64,000 bases of DNA from an uncultured Gemmatimonadales bacterium (lineage in GTDB: Bacteria; Gemmatimonadota; Gemmatimonadetes; Gemmatimonadales; GWC2-71-9): the NCBI GenBank assembly GCA_963828735.1, contig CAWHFW010000005.1, forward strand, positions 2,304,001 through 2,368,000, read 5' to 3'. Every line of letters begins with the position of its first letter. Position 1 is the first letter of the stretch. The position numbers were made by a program, and so were the translations under genes. Under the pieces are notes generated by a model. The model did not search any database, was not told the origin of the DNA, and worked only from the letters and a program-made list of their open reading frames with translations. This document shows positions 9,361 through 18,540 of the stretch, piece by piece.

Positions 9361-10719
9361 ATGAACCCGCCAGTACCGCCGTTGATGCGGCCAGACCCCA
9401 GGATCGTCAAGCTGGTCGCCGCTCTGGATCTCCTCTGCCTCGCCGCGTCGACCTCCATCTCGGCCGTCATCCTGCTCGGCTGGCAGGTACCTGCGGTGGG
9501 CCGGGCGCTGCCGCACGGGTGGTCGTTGATGAAAACCGAGTCGGCGCTCGGCGTGCTGCTGTGCAGCGCAAGCCTGGTGCTGGCCAGGGAGAGTCGCCGC
9601 CGCCCGCTTCTCGAGCTTGCCGGCCGGCTCTGTGCCGCGGTGGTCGTGTTTCTCGCGACCGCCGCCATAGTCGAGCATTCGGGTATGCGCGTCATAGGAT
9701 TGTCGAGCGAGTGGTCGGCGGCGGGGCCGATGTCGCTTCAGACCGCGTCCTCTTTCGTGCTGCTGGGGCTGTCACTGGTCATCGACCGCACACGGTGGCG
9801 CCTGCTCAGCCACGTGGTGCACTTCCTGATCCTTGCGCTCCTAATGCTCATTCTGGTCGTCATCGCGGGGTACATGTTCGGGGCGTCCGATCTGGTCGGT
9901 CAGTCACCTAATATCCGCATGTCACCGCAAACCTTGGTTTGCATGGCGTTGCTGGCTTTCGTCCGAGTCAATCGCGCAGCCTCCCACGGGGCATTTGCCA
10001 TCATGCTAGGCCCAGGCATGGGGAGCCAGGTCGCCCGGATCATGGTGCCGTCATCGGTAGTCCTGAGCTACGTGATCATTCGTGCCGGCGACCGCCTGCT
10101 CGAGACGGGCACACTGACCTTGCCCTACGCTGGCGCTGTGACCGCAACGAGCATGGCGGCGCTTATACTGATCTTCGTCCTGTTGCTGGCCGGGAAGATC
10201 AACGAGCTCGAAGCGGAGCTGCACGGCATGACGCTCATCGACGATCTGACCGGACTCTACAACCGCAAAGGATTCTGGCTACTCGGCGAGCAAGCACTGC
10301 GCGATGCACGACGGGCGGCAGAGGCGCGGAGCGTGCTCTTCCTCGATGCCGACGGCTTAAAGCAGGTCAACGACACACTAGGGCACGATCACGGATCGGA
10401 GCTCCTGGTCGACATCGCCACCTTGCTGCGCGACACCTTCCGGGACAGCGACGTGCTGGGGCGAGTCGGTGGGGACGAATTCGCCGTCATAACACACGGA
10501 CACGATGGCGAGCTGACATCGGTGTTGCGTCGCCTGGACGAAGCGACCGAAGCGCTCAACCGGACGGGCAACAAGCCGTACCAAGTCAACTTCAGCGTGG
10601 GAGCGGTGGCGGCCCATGTGAAGAGCGCCGAATCGCTTGCCATGTTGTTGAACCGTGCGGACGCGGTAATGTACGACAAGAAGCGACAGCGGCGCGCTGC
10701 ACGCCGGGCCCCGTCTTAG
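9361..10719 (+). CDS. Membrane-anchored diguanylate cyclase
   Basis: About 8 hydrophobic segments; DDLTGLYNR, LKQVNDTLGH, RDSD I-site and GGDEF motifs. Confidence 0.9.
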   Translation: MNPPVPPLMRPDPRIVKLVAALDLLCLAASTSISAVILLGWQVPAVGRALPHGWSLMKTESALGVLLCSASLVLARESRRRPLLELAGRLCAAVVVFLATAAIVEHSGMRVIGLSSEWSAAGPMSLQTASSFVLLGLSLVIDRTRWRLLSHVVHFLILALLMLILVVIAGYMFGASDLVGQSPNIRMSPQTLVCMALLAFVRVNRAASHGAFAIMLGPGMGSQVARIMVPSSVVLSYVIIRAGDRLLETGTLTLPYAGAVTATSMAALILIFVLLLAGKINELEAELHGMTLIDDLTGLYNRKGFWLLGEQALRDARRAAEARSVLFLDADGLKQVNDTLGHDHGSELLVDIATLLRDTFRDSDVLGRVGGDEFAVITHGHDGELTSVLRRLDEATEALNRTGNKPYQVNFSVGAVAAHVKSAESLAMLLNRADAVMYDKKRQRRAARRAPS

Positions 10720-11210
10720 GACCCAGCGCGAGGGGGGCCGCGGCCTCATCCTAGATCCCGGATTCCGATCACTTCGAAGGGGAGTCAGCTACAGCGGGTG
10801 CGACAAGGAGGCACCAGTTCCTCTTCGTAGGCGTCACCGGCGGGCCAAACGACCGGTGGGTTTCCGACAGGGTTCGTGCGCAAGGGGCAAGACCGACTGA
10901 TTCGCGACCCCTTTGCCTGCCTGGTTCTCAGGCCTGATGAGCAACGGTCCTTCGGCCAACCTTCGGGGCGCCTTCGTAGTGCAAGCCCGTCGCGGGCCCG
11001 TCGCTTATCCTCTACGTCGGCGCCGGGAGACTGGGCAGAACCCTCGGGCGACCTTTGCGGAATGCAGTCGGTGGGTACCCGCGGCGCGCCGGGCTGCGCC
11101 GGAAGCCGCCGGGGGAAATTCTGGCAAGCCACGAATTCACCGTAAGTTGTGGCGGCGTTTCAGACCGGCCCAACGAAGCGCCACGATCCTTGCCGTAGAG
11201 TGGCCCACCC

Positions 11211-11984
11211 ATGATTGAGCATCTTGTCACCCGGTTCGAGGCCGCCCGCCTCGATCGCCACCAGCGCGACCTGCGCCGGCGGGAAGAGGCCGCAATCGCC
11301 CGCCTGGGAGAGAAGACCCTGGCGGATGGCGGCGGTCGAAGCGGCCGGCTGGCCTCCCTGGCGTCCGAGGCGGCCGCGGCGCGCGGCCGATTGCAGGCCA
11401 TCGCAGCCGGGCCCGGCGCATCGCCCTCGGCCGCCTCTCGTCAGCGGACCGAGGCGCTCGAACAGCGACTCTACCAGATCCACCTGACGGCCGGGCGCCT
11501 GGCGCTCGCCATGCCGCCAACCGGCGCCGAAAGCGAGGTCCTGGCCATACGCGCCGAGATCGCCGAGGCCGCGAGCGAACGGGACCGGCTGCGCGGGGAA
11601 GGGCATCGCCTCATCGAAGACACATGGGCGCAAATCCATTCGTGGGTTGTCCCGCGGTGGCCTGCCCTCAGCGCCATGGTGGTGGGCTGGTTGATCGCTC
11701 ACAGCTACGCGGGATCGCACACCGAAGCGATCCTGGCCACGGTCGGCTTGAGCGTCAGACGGCGGGGTGCGCACCTGGTGAGCGTGCCGGTCGATACTGC
11801 CCTGGTGCACTACGGTCTCCCGCTGGTGGTGGCGGCGCTCTGCGCCTACGTGGCACACCGACTGGTCGGCAGAGTGCGCACCGCGGTCGAAACCGTTCGC
11901 GCCCGATCCAACGATGCTACGCGCGCGGCGGCGGCCGACACCCGTGACCCGCGCACCCGGCGCGTACCCGAGAAGGCGCGTTAG
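11211..11984 (+). CDS. Hypothetical coiled-coil protein with two C-terminal transmembrane segments
   Basis: ATG start, helical Ala/Arg/Glu-rich N-terminus, two hydrophobic stretches; no family recognised. Confidence 0.6.
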   Translation: MIEHLVTRFEAARLDRHQRDLRRREEAAIARLGEKTLADGGGRSGRLASLASEAAAARGRLQAIAAGPGASPSAASRQRTEALEQRLYQIHLTAGRLALAMPPTGAESEVLAIRAEIAEAASERDRLRGEGHRLIEDTWAQIHSWVVPRWPALSAMVVGWLIAHSYAGSHTEAILATVGLSVRRRGAHLVSVPVDTALVHYGLPLVVAALCAYVAHRLVGRVRTAVETVRARSNDATRAAAADTRDPRTRRVPEKAR

Positions 11985-12045
11985 TCGGGATCGAACGAAT
12001 CCCACCCTCAGCGCCTGAAGTGAAGTCCACATGGTTGGAATGAGC

Positions 12046-12074
12046 GCCGCCCGGAAGGCCTCCGCCGGGCGGCC
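12046..12074. terminator. GC-rich hairpin between convergent genes
   Basis: gccgcccgg...ccgggcggc inverted repeat; no U-tract. Confidence 0.35.
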
Positions 12075-12094
12075 GTCTCGATGGGAGGTGCTGG

Positions 12095-12451
12095 CTATCG
12101 GGCGTCGAAAACCTGGCGGATCTCCGATTCGCCCTCCCATCCCTTCCAGTGCTGCCGGTGCAGCTCCATGAAGCGCTCGCTCCATTTGACCGCCTCTTCC
12201 TTCGACTTCACGTCGTAGACCGCATAGCCGCCGATCACCTCCTTCGCCTCGGTGAAGGGGCCGTCCGTCGTGGTCAGCTTGCCGCCGGCGAGTCGCACGC
12301 GGGCGCCCATCGCCGATGGAAAGAGCCCGCCGATCTCGACGAGCACGCCGGCTCGCGTGCCTTCCTCACCGAGCTTGCCGATCGCGTCGATCAACGCCTG
12401 AGGGGGCGGGGTCGGGCTCTCCGCCGACTTCACCATCGCCATGAACCGCAT
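12095..12451 (-). CDS. YciI/DGPF family protein
   Basis: MRFMAMVK start; TDGPFTEAKEVIGGY; C-terminal EIRQV. Confidence 0.92.
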   Translation of the reverse strand: MRFMAMVKSAESPTPPPQALIDAIGKLGEEGTRAGVLVEIGGLFPSAMGARVRLAGGKLTTTDGPFTEAKEVIGGYAVYDVKSKEEAVKWSERFMELHRQHWKGWEGESEIRQVFDAR

Positions 12452-12539
12452 CGTCGTCCTGCCTCTCGTTGGGGTTGCCTCGCGGCATCCGGCCGCTCCG
12501 GTTGCTCGGAGCGAGGGAGTCCTCCGGTCCTCCCCAAGC

Positions 12540-12566
12540 GACGAACGAGCGGTGTCCAGATCGACA
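12540..12566 (-). promoter_or_regulatory. ECF42-type promoter TGTCGA-N17-CGTC upstream of the DGPF gene
   Basis: Minus strand reads TGTCGAtctggacaccgctcgttCGTC; ECF42 sigma factors are known to target DGPF genes through this motif. Confidence 0.6.
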
Positions 12567-12668
12567 CGCCTCCAGATGGGTGGATAAGCCTCGCGAATAA
12601 GCCGAAGACGGTCGGTGGCGGCATGGGGGACGTGCACTGCGCACTTCCCCTCGGATTTGCTCAGGCCA

Positions 12669-13238
12669 TCACTTGGTGGTGGGGGGAACGGTCCGACCGT
12701 TCGTCCGAGCCCATCGAGGCGAGAGCGCGAGCACCTTCGGATAGACCGGGCAGCCCGGCGCATGCGCCCCGGGCAAATATCCGATACTCATGAGAAACTC
12801 GCCGACGATGTCGCCGCCCGTGAAGCGGAAGGTCTGCCTGAAGAGCTTCACCCACTCGTCTTTGGGACGCGGGTCGTGGGCGTCGAGCCAGCCGGCGAAG
12901 GAGCCATAGTCCTCGCGGAGCTGCAGAATCGTCGCTGCGTTCGCGATGGCCGCGTCCACCTTGAGCCGGTTCCGGATGATGCCAGGATCGGCGAGCAGCC
13001 GGCGACGGTCCCGCGCGCGATACGCGGCCACGACCTCGGGATCGAACCCGCCGTAGGCGCGCCGGAATGCCTCGCGCTTCTTCAGGATGGTGAGCCAGGA
13101 CAGGCCGGCCTGATTGATCTCGAGAACGAGCCGCTCGAAGAGCGCCGCATCGTCGGTGAGCGAGAAGCCGTATTCGGTGTCGTGGTAGGGCCCGTGCCAC
13201 TCGTGGCCCGGAGCGATATCGCAGTAGGTAGTACCCAT
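12669..13238 (-). CDS. tag: DNA-3-methyladenine glycosylase I
   Basis: YHDTEYG, LFERLVLEINQAGLSWLTILKK, IIRNRLK motifs; Zn ligands C...H/HAPGC. Confidence 0.93.
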   Translation of the reverse strand: MGTTYCDIAPGHEWHGPYHDTEYGFSLTDDAALFERLVLEINQAGLSWLTILKKREAFRRAYGGFDPEVVAAYRARDRRRLLADPGIIRNRLKVDAAIANAATILQLREDYGSFAGWLDAHDPRPKDEWVKLFRQTFRFTGGDIVGEFLMSIGYLPGAHAPGCPVYPKVLALSPRWARTNGRTVPPTTK

Positions 13239-13250
13239 CGACAGGCCGCC

Positions 13251-13306
13251 TTCGGCATTTGGTCGGAGCCCTGACGGAATATCTGGAGCACCCCGGGCTT
13301 ACTCAA
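13251..13306 (-). promoter_or_regulatory. LexA-like operator CCGACCAAATGCCGAA plus TTGAGT -35 upstream of tag
   Basis: 13/16 match to the box at 29561; same 45-bp operator-to--35 offset. Confidence 0.6.
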
Positions 13307-13916
13307 GCGTCCGCGTCTCGCCGGCGACGGTAGTAGGCCGCAGCATTCGCACGGTTGCCGCAGGTGCGCATGTCGCACCATCGCCGAGTGCCATTCTTGG
13401 TCTGGTCCAGGAAATAGAGGACGCACGCGGGGTGCGCGCAGCGTCGGATCCGCCGCAGGTCGGCCTGACACAGCAGGTCCGCTGCCGCCTCGGCGATCGG
13501 TACCAGGAGGTCTACCGGGCGATCGAGCCGCAGGCCGCGCCGCGCGACGAACCCGTCGTCGCCGACAACCACCTCGGTGACGCCGGCGCCGCGTCGCAGC
13601 ACGCCGTTGATCGCGTCCAGCGTCGAGCGCGGCACCCGGCGGCCCGTCGCTGCGGCGTCGGACATGCGGCGAAGTGCGGTGCGAAGGGTCCGTGTCTCCT
13701 CGAGCAGCGCGTGGCCCGCCCGTTTGCCCCCCACTTCTCGTGTGCCGTCCGCGCCGTCGTCCGATCGATGGCACCGGCCTGCTCGAGCCAGCTCACCAAG
13801 TCGGCCAGGTCCGCCAGGAGGTCGCGGAGCCCGCCGTCCGCGACGACCTCGGTGTTGACGAAGTCGAGAGCGCGCTGCTTGACGATGAAGACGAACGGAG
13901 ATGCGGCGACGGGCAT
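13303..13916 (-). CDS. ABATE/CGNR zinc-finger regulator, frameshifted at a G6 run (13727-13732)
   Basis: N-terminal ALDFVNT in one frame; CAHPAC...RRWCDMRTCGNR in another; one extra G joins them (WGGKRAGHALL); leaderless-type TATACT-N7-ATG. Confidence 0.85.
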
Positions 13917-14033
13917 GGTTGGGAGTATAAGGGTCTAAAGTCGTGTTGACCACTGAGCCACCGGGAACTATCAGCATCAAAATGGCATTTAGGGGATGAC
14001 GCCTCTCTCGTCTCGACGTCCAAGGATGGTTCC

Positions 14034-14180
14034 ATGGCCAGATTGTCCGATCTCATGCCCGACCACACCGGGCTAAACCTTGCCGACCTCGAGCAGTCCA
14101 TTGCCGCCTACGACGAGCTGCTGGAGTTGAAGGTGATTCAGGAATCGATGGCCGGTGCGCGGCCGTGTAGGTCCTTCTGA
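14034..14180 (+). pseudogene. Internally deleted VOC/glyoxalase gene (48 aa)
   Basis: MARLSDLMPDHTGLNLADLEQSIAAYDELLELKVIQESMAGARPCRSF*; first VOC beta-alpha unit only; its TGA overlaps the next ATG. Confidence 0.65.
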
Positions 14181-15028
14181 TGGCGATCTATCACGAGGGG
14201 GAGCTCGAGGTCCAGCGGCGGGCGGGTGTGCTCGCGAACGCGGAGCGGGTGGGGCGTATCGTACGGCGGGAGATCCCCGACGTCGCGCGGGAGTTTGTCG
14301 CCGAGCGACCGTTCGTCATTCTCGGCGCCGCGGATCAGGACAACCGCCTCTGGGCAACGATGATGCGCGGCAAGCCAGGCCTGCTCTCGGTTTCCTCGGA
14401 GGACCGGCTCGTCATCGGCGCGCGTGTGAGCCTCGAGGACCCCCTCGCGCGTGCGCTCGAAGGCGAGGTGGACGTCGGCTTGCTCCTCATCGATCCGGCG
14501 ACTCGCAGGCGCATGCGCGTCAACGGGCGCGCGCGCCCCCTGGAGGGGCGTTGTCTCGAGGTAGCCACCCGCGAGGTCTACTCGAACTGCCCGAAGTACA
14601 TCCAGCCGCGGGATGTGGCGCCATCCACGTGGGAGGGGGCGCCGCCGCGCGTCGAGCGCGGATCCGCCCTGACTGACGCGCAGGCGGCCATGATCGCGAC
14701 GACCGACACGCTGTTTCTCGCGAGCAGGCATCCAGTCGCGGGAGCAGATGTTTCGCACCGCGGCGGGCAGCGTGGATTCGTACGGGTGACTACTCCCAAT
14801 CGTCTCCTGTTTCCCGACTACCAGGGGAACATGATGTTCAACACACTCGGCAACCTGGCGGTCAATCCACGCGCGGGCATCCTGGTCGTGGACTTCGAGA
14901 ATGGCCATACGCTGCAGCTGAGCGGGCGCGCGACCGTCGTGTGGGACGCCACGGTCGCGGCCGCGCTGCCCGGCGCGCACCGAGCCGTCGAGTTCATGAT
15001 CGACAACGTCGTCGGGCGAGGTTCGTAG
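14180..15028 (+). CDS. Pyridoxamine 5'-phosphate oxidase-like FMN-binding protein (two domains)
   Basis: YHEGELEVQ, RRRMRVNG, YSNCPKYIQ, DVSHRGG, PDYQGN motifs. Confidence 0.9.
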   Translation: MAIYHEGELEVQRRAGVLANAERVGRIVRREIPDVAREFVAERPFVILGAADQDNRLWATMMRGKPGLLSVSSEDRLVIGARVSLEDPLARALEGEVDVGLLLIDPATRRRMRVNGRARPLEGRCLEVATREVYSNCPKYIQPRDVAPSTWEGAPPRVERGSALTDAQAAMIATTDTLFLASRHPVAGADVSHRGGQRGFVRVTTPNRLLFPDYQGNMMFNTLGNLAVNPRAGILVVDFENGHTLQLSGRATVVWDATVAAALPGAHRAVEFMIDNVVGRGS

Positions 15029-15075
15029 TGAAGAACCGTCGGATCTCGCTGGCGGTCACCGCGAAGTGGCGGCGC

Positions 15076-15771
15076 TCAGTCCGCTTTGAGCCGGTAGCCC
15101 ACGCCCGGCTCGGTGAGCAGCAGGCGCGGCCGCGCCGGATCGACCTCGATCTTCTGGCGAAGCTGGGCGAGGTAGACGCGCACGTAGTGCGCCTGATTCA
15201 GATAGTTGGTCCCCCAGACTTCCTTCAGTAGCTGCCGGTGGGTGAGCACCTTGCCGGCGTGCCGCACCATCGTCGTGAGCAGCTTGTACTCCGTAGGAGT
15301 GAGGTGGACCTCCTGCCCGGCGCGCCAAATGCGCCGGGCGGGAAGGTCCACGCGGAGGTCGCCGGACTCGAAGACCGGCTCCGCCGGATCGCCGGCCGTA
15401 GCCGCGTGACGGAGGGCCACCCGGATTCGAGCGAGCAGCTCCTCAACGCCAAACGGCTTGGTCAGGTAGTCGTCGGCGCCGAGATCGAGCGCCTTCACCT
15501 TGTCCTCCTCGCGACCCCGCGCGGAGAGGACGATGATCGGCGTCGCAGTCCAGCCACGAAGCTCGCGTGTCACGTCGAGCCCGTCGCGGTCGGGGAGCCC
15601 GAGATCGAGCAGGATGACGTCGGGATTCCGGGCCGCCGCCTGCCCGAGGCCGTCCTTCGCCGTCTCCGCCTCGACCAGCCGATAGTCGTTGGCGCCAAGC
15701 GCGGTGCGGAGGAAGCGCCGCATCTGCGGCTCGTCCTCGATCAGGAGGATGAGGGGGGCGGGACGGTCCAC
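15076..15771 (-). CDS. kdpE: Response regulator KdpE
   Basis: LLDLGLPD receiver; OmpR-type HLTPTEY...LLTEPGVGYR; follows kdpD. Confidence 0.93.
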   Translation of the reverse strand: MDRPAPLILLIEDEPQMRRFLRTALGANDYRLVEAETAKDGLGQAAARNPDVILLDLGLPDRDGLDVTRELRGWTATPIIVLSARGREEDKVKALDLGADDYLTKPFGVEELLARIRVALRHAATAGDPAEPVFESGDLRVDLPARRIWRAGQEVHLTPTEYKLLTTMVRHAGKVLTHRQLLKEVWGTNYLNQAHYVRVYLAQLRQKIEVDPARPRLLLTEPGVGYRLKAD

Positions 15772-18491
15772 GCGCCGGCTGCCTCCGAGTCCTGACGGTT
15801 GGGGAAGGGCGCCTCGGTGACGAGCTCGGGTGGCGTGCCGCTGATCGGGAGCGCGAGCTTGAAAATCGCGCCGCCACCGGCACGGTTCTCGGCCCAGATG
15901 CGCCCGCCGTGGGCGGTGACGATGCCACGGCAAATGGTGAGGCCGAGGCCGATGCCACCCGCGCCACCGCCGCCGCGATGGAACTTGCGGAAGATCAGCT
16001 CTTCCTCGCCAGGCGGCAGCCCCGGCCCCCGATCGGCCACATACGCGACCACCCCGCCCGGCTGGCTCGTGGCGCCGACCTCGACCGGCGTGCCGGCCGG
16101 TGTGTGTTTGGCGGCATTCTCGAGCAGGTTGACGAACACCTGCTCCAGCAGGATTTCGTCCATCGGCACCAGCGGAAGGTCCGGCGGAAAGGCCGTCGAT
16201 ACCGGATGGCCGTGGAGCTGGTCCTCGGTGCGGAGCAGGGCCACGCCCGCCACATCGGACAGCAGCTGCCATTCCTTCTGCACCTGCAGCGCGCCCGCCT
16301 CCACCCGGATCATGTCGAGCAGGTTGGCGACGAGACGTCCCATCCGATGCGATTCCTGTACGATCGTGGCCGCGAGGTCCCGTCGCGCGGCGGGGGCAGG
16401 CTCGGTGTCCTGGAGGAGCGTGCTCGCCGCCCCTTCGATCGACGCGAGCGGCGTGCGCATGTCGTGAGAGAGCGAGCTCAGCAAAGCCGTGCGTAACCGC
16501 TCGGCCTCGACCTCGACCTCGGACTCCCGGCTCCGTTCCGCCAGCGCAAGCCGCTCGAGCGCCGCCGCCGTCTGGCCGGCGAGGGATTCGAGCAGGCGGC
16601 GACGCGCCGGGTCGCGGAATTCCGCCGGCTCGGCCAAGGGGAGCCCGAGGACCCCGACGGCGTTGCCCGACGACTCGAGGGGCAGGTACAGGGCACCAGC
16701 TCCGGGCAACGTGGTCGTCCCCCGGCCGGCCGCCCGGGCGTGATCGAAGCTCCACTGCGCCACGGCCCGCTCCCGATCGTCCAGTGGGTACGGCGCCGAA
16801 CCGACGACGGCCACTCCCCCGGCCTCGTCGGGGAGGAGCACGGCAGCGTCGATCGCGAACGTGTCCCGCAGACTCTTCAGGGCCGCGGCGAGCACCACGT
16901 CCCGGTCCCGCGCCGCGGCCAGCTCGCGGCTCAGCCCATAGAGCGCGGAGGTGCGCTGCTCCCGCTCGCGGGCCGCCTCCGCCTGGCTCCGGATCCGGCC
17001 CGTGAGGTTCCCGAGCACGAGGGCCACGACCAGCATCACGCCGAAGGTGAGCACGTAGCGGACGTCCGCCACCGAGAAGGTGTAAAACGGGTGGACGAAG
17101 AAGAAGTCGAACGACGCGATGCCCACCAGCGATGCCACCACCGCCGGCCCGCGTCGGAACCGGGCCGAGGCCACCACCACTGCCAGCAGATAGAGCATGG
17201 CCGCGTCGATCGGCAGCACCGGGAGGCCGACCCGGCGGACGACTAGGCCAAGCAGCGTGGGTACCACCGCGATGGCGGCGGCCTTTACATAGTCGCTCAA
17301 GGCGGAGCCGCGGGAGGGCGCTGGTGGCGCGGGTCGGGGGCTCTCGTCATCGTCGACGCCGGTGATGGCGAGCACCTCGATCCCGCCGCTGCCCCGGACG
17401 AGCGCGTCCAACAGCGAGCCCTGGAGCACGTCGCGCCAGCGCGCGCGGCGGGTCTTCCCCAGGATGATGCGGGTGACGTTGTGGTTCCGCGCGTACACGA
17501 GAATCTCCTCGGCGCTGCTCTGCCCGCTCAGCGTGACTGGCCGGCCACCGAGCTGTTCGGCGAGCTCCATGGCTCGGAGAATGTTCTCGCGCTCTTCGGC
17601 GCTGAGACGCTGGTCGCGCGGGGTCTCGACGTGCACGGCGAACCACTCCGCGTGGACTCGGGCGGCCATCCGCCGCGCGGCCCGAACCAGCCGTGCCGCG
17701 CTGACGCTGGGCCCGACGCACACCACCAGCCGCTCGCCCGTGGCCCAGGTCTCCCGGATTCCCTGCTCGGCCATGTAGCCGCGCATCTGGGCATCCACCC
17801 GCTCGGCGGTACGCCGGAGCGCCAGCTCCCGCAGCGCGATCAGGTTCCCTTTGCGGAAGAACCGCTCGATCGCACGGCCCGCCTGCTCGGGCACGTACAC
17901 CTTGCCCTCCCGCAGGCGCTGCTGGAGGACATCGGGCGTCACGTCCACGAGCTCGACTTCGTCGGCGCGCTCGAGCACGGAATCCGGTACGGTCTCCCGC
18001 ACCGTCACGCCGGTGATCTGGGCGACGACGTCGTTGAGGCTCTCGAAGTGCTGGATGTTGACCGTGGTGTAGATGTTGATGCCGGCGCCGAGCAGCTCCT
18101 CGACATCCTGCCAGCGTTTGGCGTGACGCGATCCGGGCGCGTTCGTGTGGGCGAGCTCGTCCACCAGCAGAAGGGCAGGGTGCCGGGTGAGCGCGGCGTC
18201 GAGATCGAACTCCTCGAGCCGCACGCCCCGATAGTCGATGGCGCGGCGAGGAAGCAGCTCGAGGCCCTCGAGCAGCCGCTGCGTCTCCGCCCGGCCATGC
18301 GTCTCGACGACGCCGACCACGACGTCGAGCGCCTCCGCCCGCTTGGCCCGCGCGGTCTCCAACATGGTGAAGGTCTTCCCGACGCCGGGCGAGGCACCGA
18401 GGAAGACCTTCAGTTGCCCCCGCCGCTCGCGCGCCTCTTCGGCGCGAACTCGCTGCAGCAGCGCGTCGGGGTCGGGTCGCTTGGGAGTCAC
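15741..18491 (-). CDS. kdpD: Sensor histidine kinase KdpD
   Basis: GASPGVGKT, LVDELAHTN, USP domain, 4 TM, GAF, SHDMRTPL, HATPase. Confidence 0.96.
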   Translation of the reverse strand: MTPKRPDPDALLQRVRAEEARERRGQLKVFLGASPGVGKTFTMLETARAKRAEALDVVVGVVETHGRAETQRLLEGLELLPRRAIDYRGVRLEEFDLDAALTRHPALLLVDELAHTNAPGSRHAKRWQDVEELLGAGINIYTTVNIQHFESLNDVVAQITGVTVRETVPDSVLERADEVELVDVTPDVLQQRLREGKVYVPEQAGRAIERFFRKGNLIALRELALRRTAERVDAQMRGYMAEQGIRETWATGERLVVCVGPSVSAARLVRAARRMAARVHAEWFAVHVETPRDQRLSAEERENILRAMELAEQLGGRPVTLSGQSSAEEILVYARNHNVTRIILGKTRRARWRDVLQGSLLDALVRGSGGIEVLAITGVDDDESPRPAPPAPSRGSALSDYVKAAAIAVVPTLLGLVVRRVGLPVLPIDAAMLYLLAVVVASARFRRGPAVVASLVGIASFDFFFVHPFYTFSVADVRYVLTFGVMLVVALVLGNLTGRIRSQAEAAREREQRTSALYGLSRELAAARDRDVVLAAALKSLRDTFAIDAAVLLPDEAGGVAVVGSAPYPLDDRERAVAQWSFDHARAAGRGTTTLPGAGALYLPLESSGNAVGVLGLPLAEPAEFRDPARRRLLESLAGQTAAALERLALAERSRESEVEVEAERLRTALLSSLSHDMRTPLASIEGAASTLLQDTEPAPAARRDLAATIVQESHRMGRLVANLLDMIRVEAGALQVQKEWQLLSDVAGVALLRTEDQLHGHPVSTAFPPDLPLVPMDEILLEQVFVNLLENAAKHTPAGTPVEVGATSQPGGVVAYVADRGPGLPPGEEELIFRKFHRGGGGAGGIGLGLTICRGIVTAHGGRIWAENRAGGGAIFKLALPISGTPPELVTEAPFPNRQDSEAAGAWTVPPPSSS

Positions 18492-18540
18492 GGCTGGTTG
18501 GCCATAGACGATGGATAATACCAGGGACGAGTGCCGCGAG

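Noticed and set aside
10930..10980. CTGATGAG as a hammerhead ribozyme core, or a c-di-GMP riboswitch near the GGDEF gene
   Set aside because: No correctly placed GAAA or stems; the riboswitch consensus was not found.
13727..13732. G6 tract as a phase-variation switch in the CGNR gene
   Set aside because: The tract is short, and a one-base homopolymer deletion is a typical long-read error. It cannot be distinguished without reads.
7520..14200. Accessory region as a prophage, ICE or defence island
   Set aside because: Patchy and somewhat more AT-rich, but no integrase, transposase, att-tRNA, phage or recognisable defence genes.
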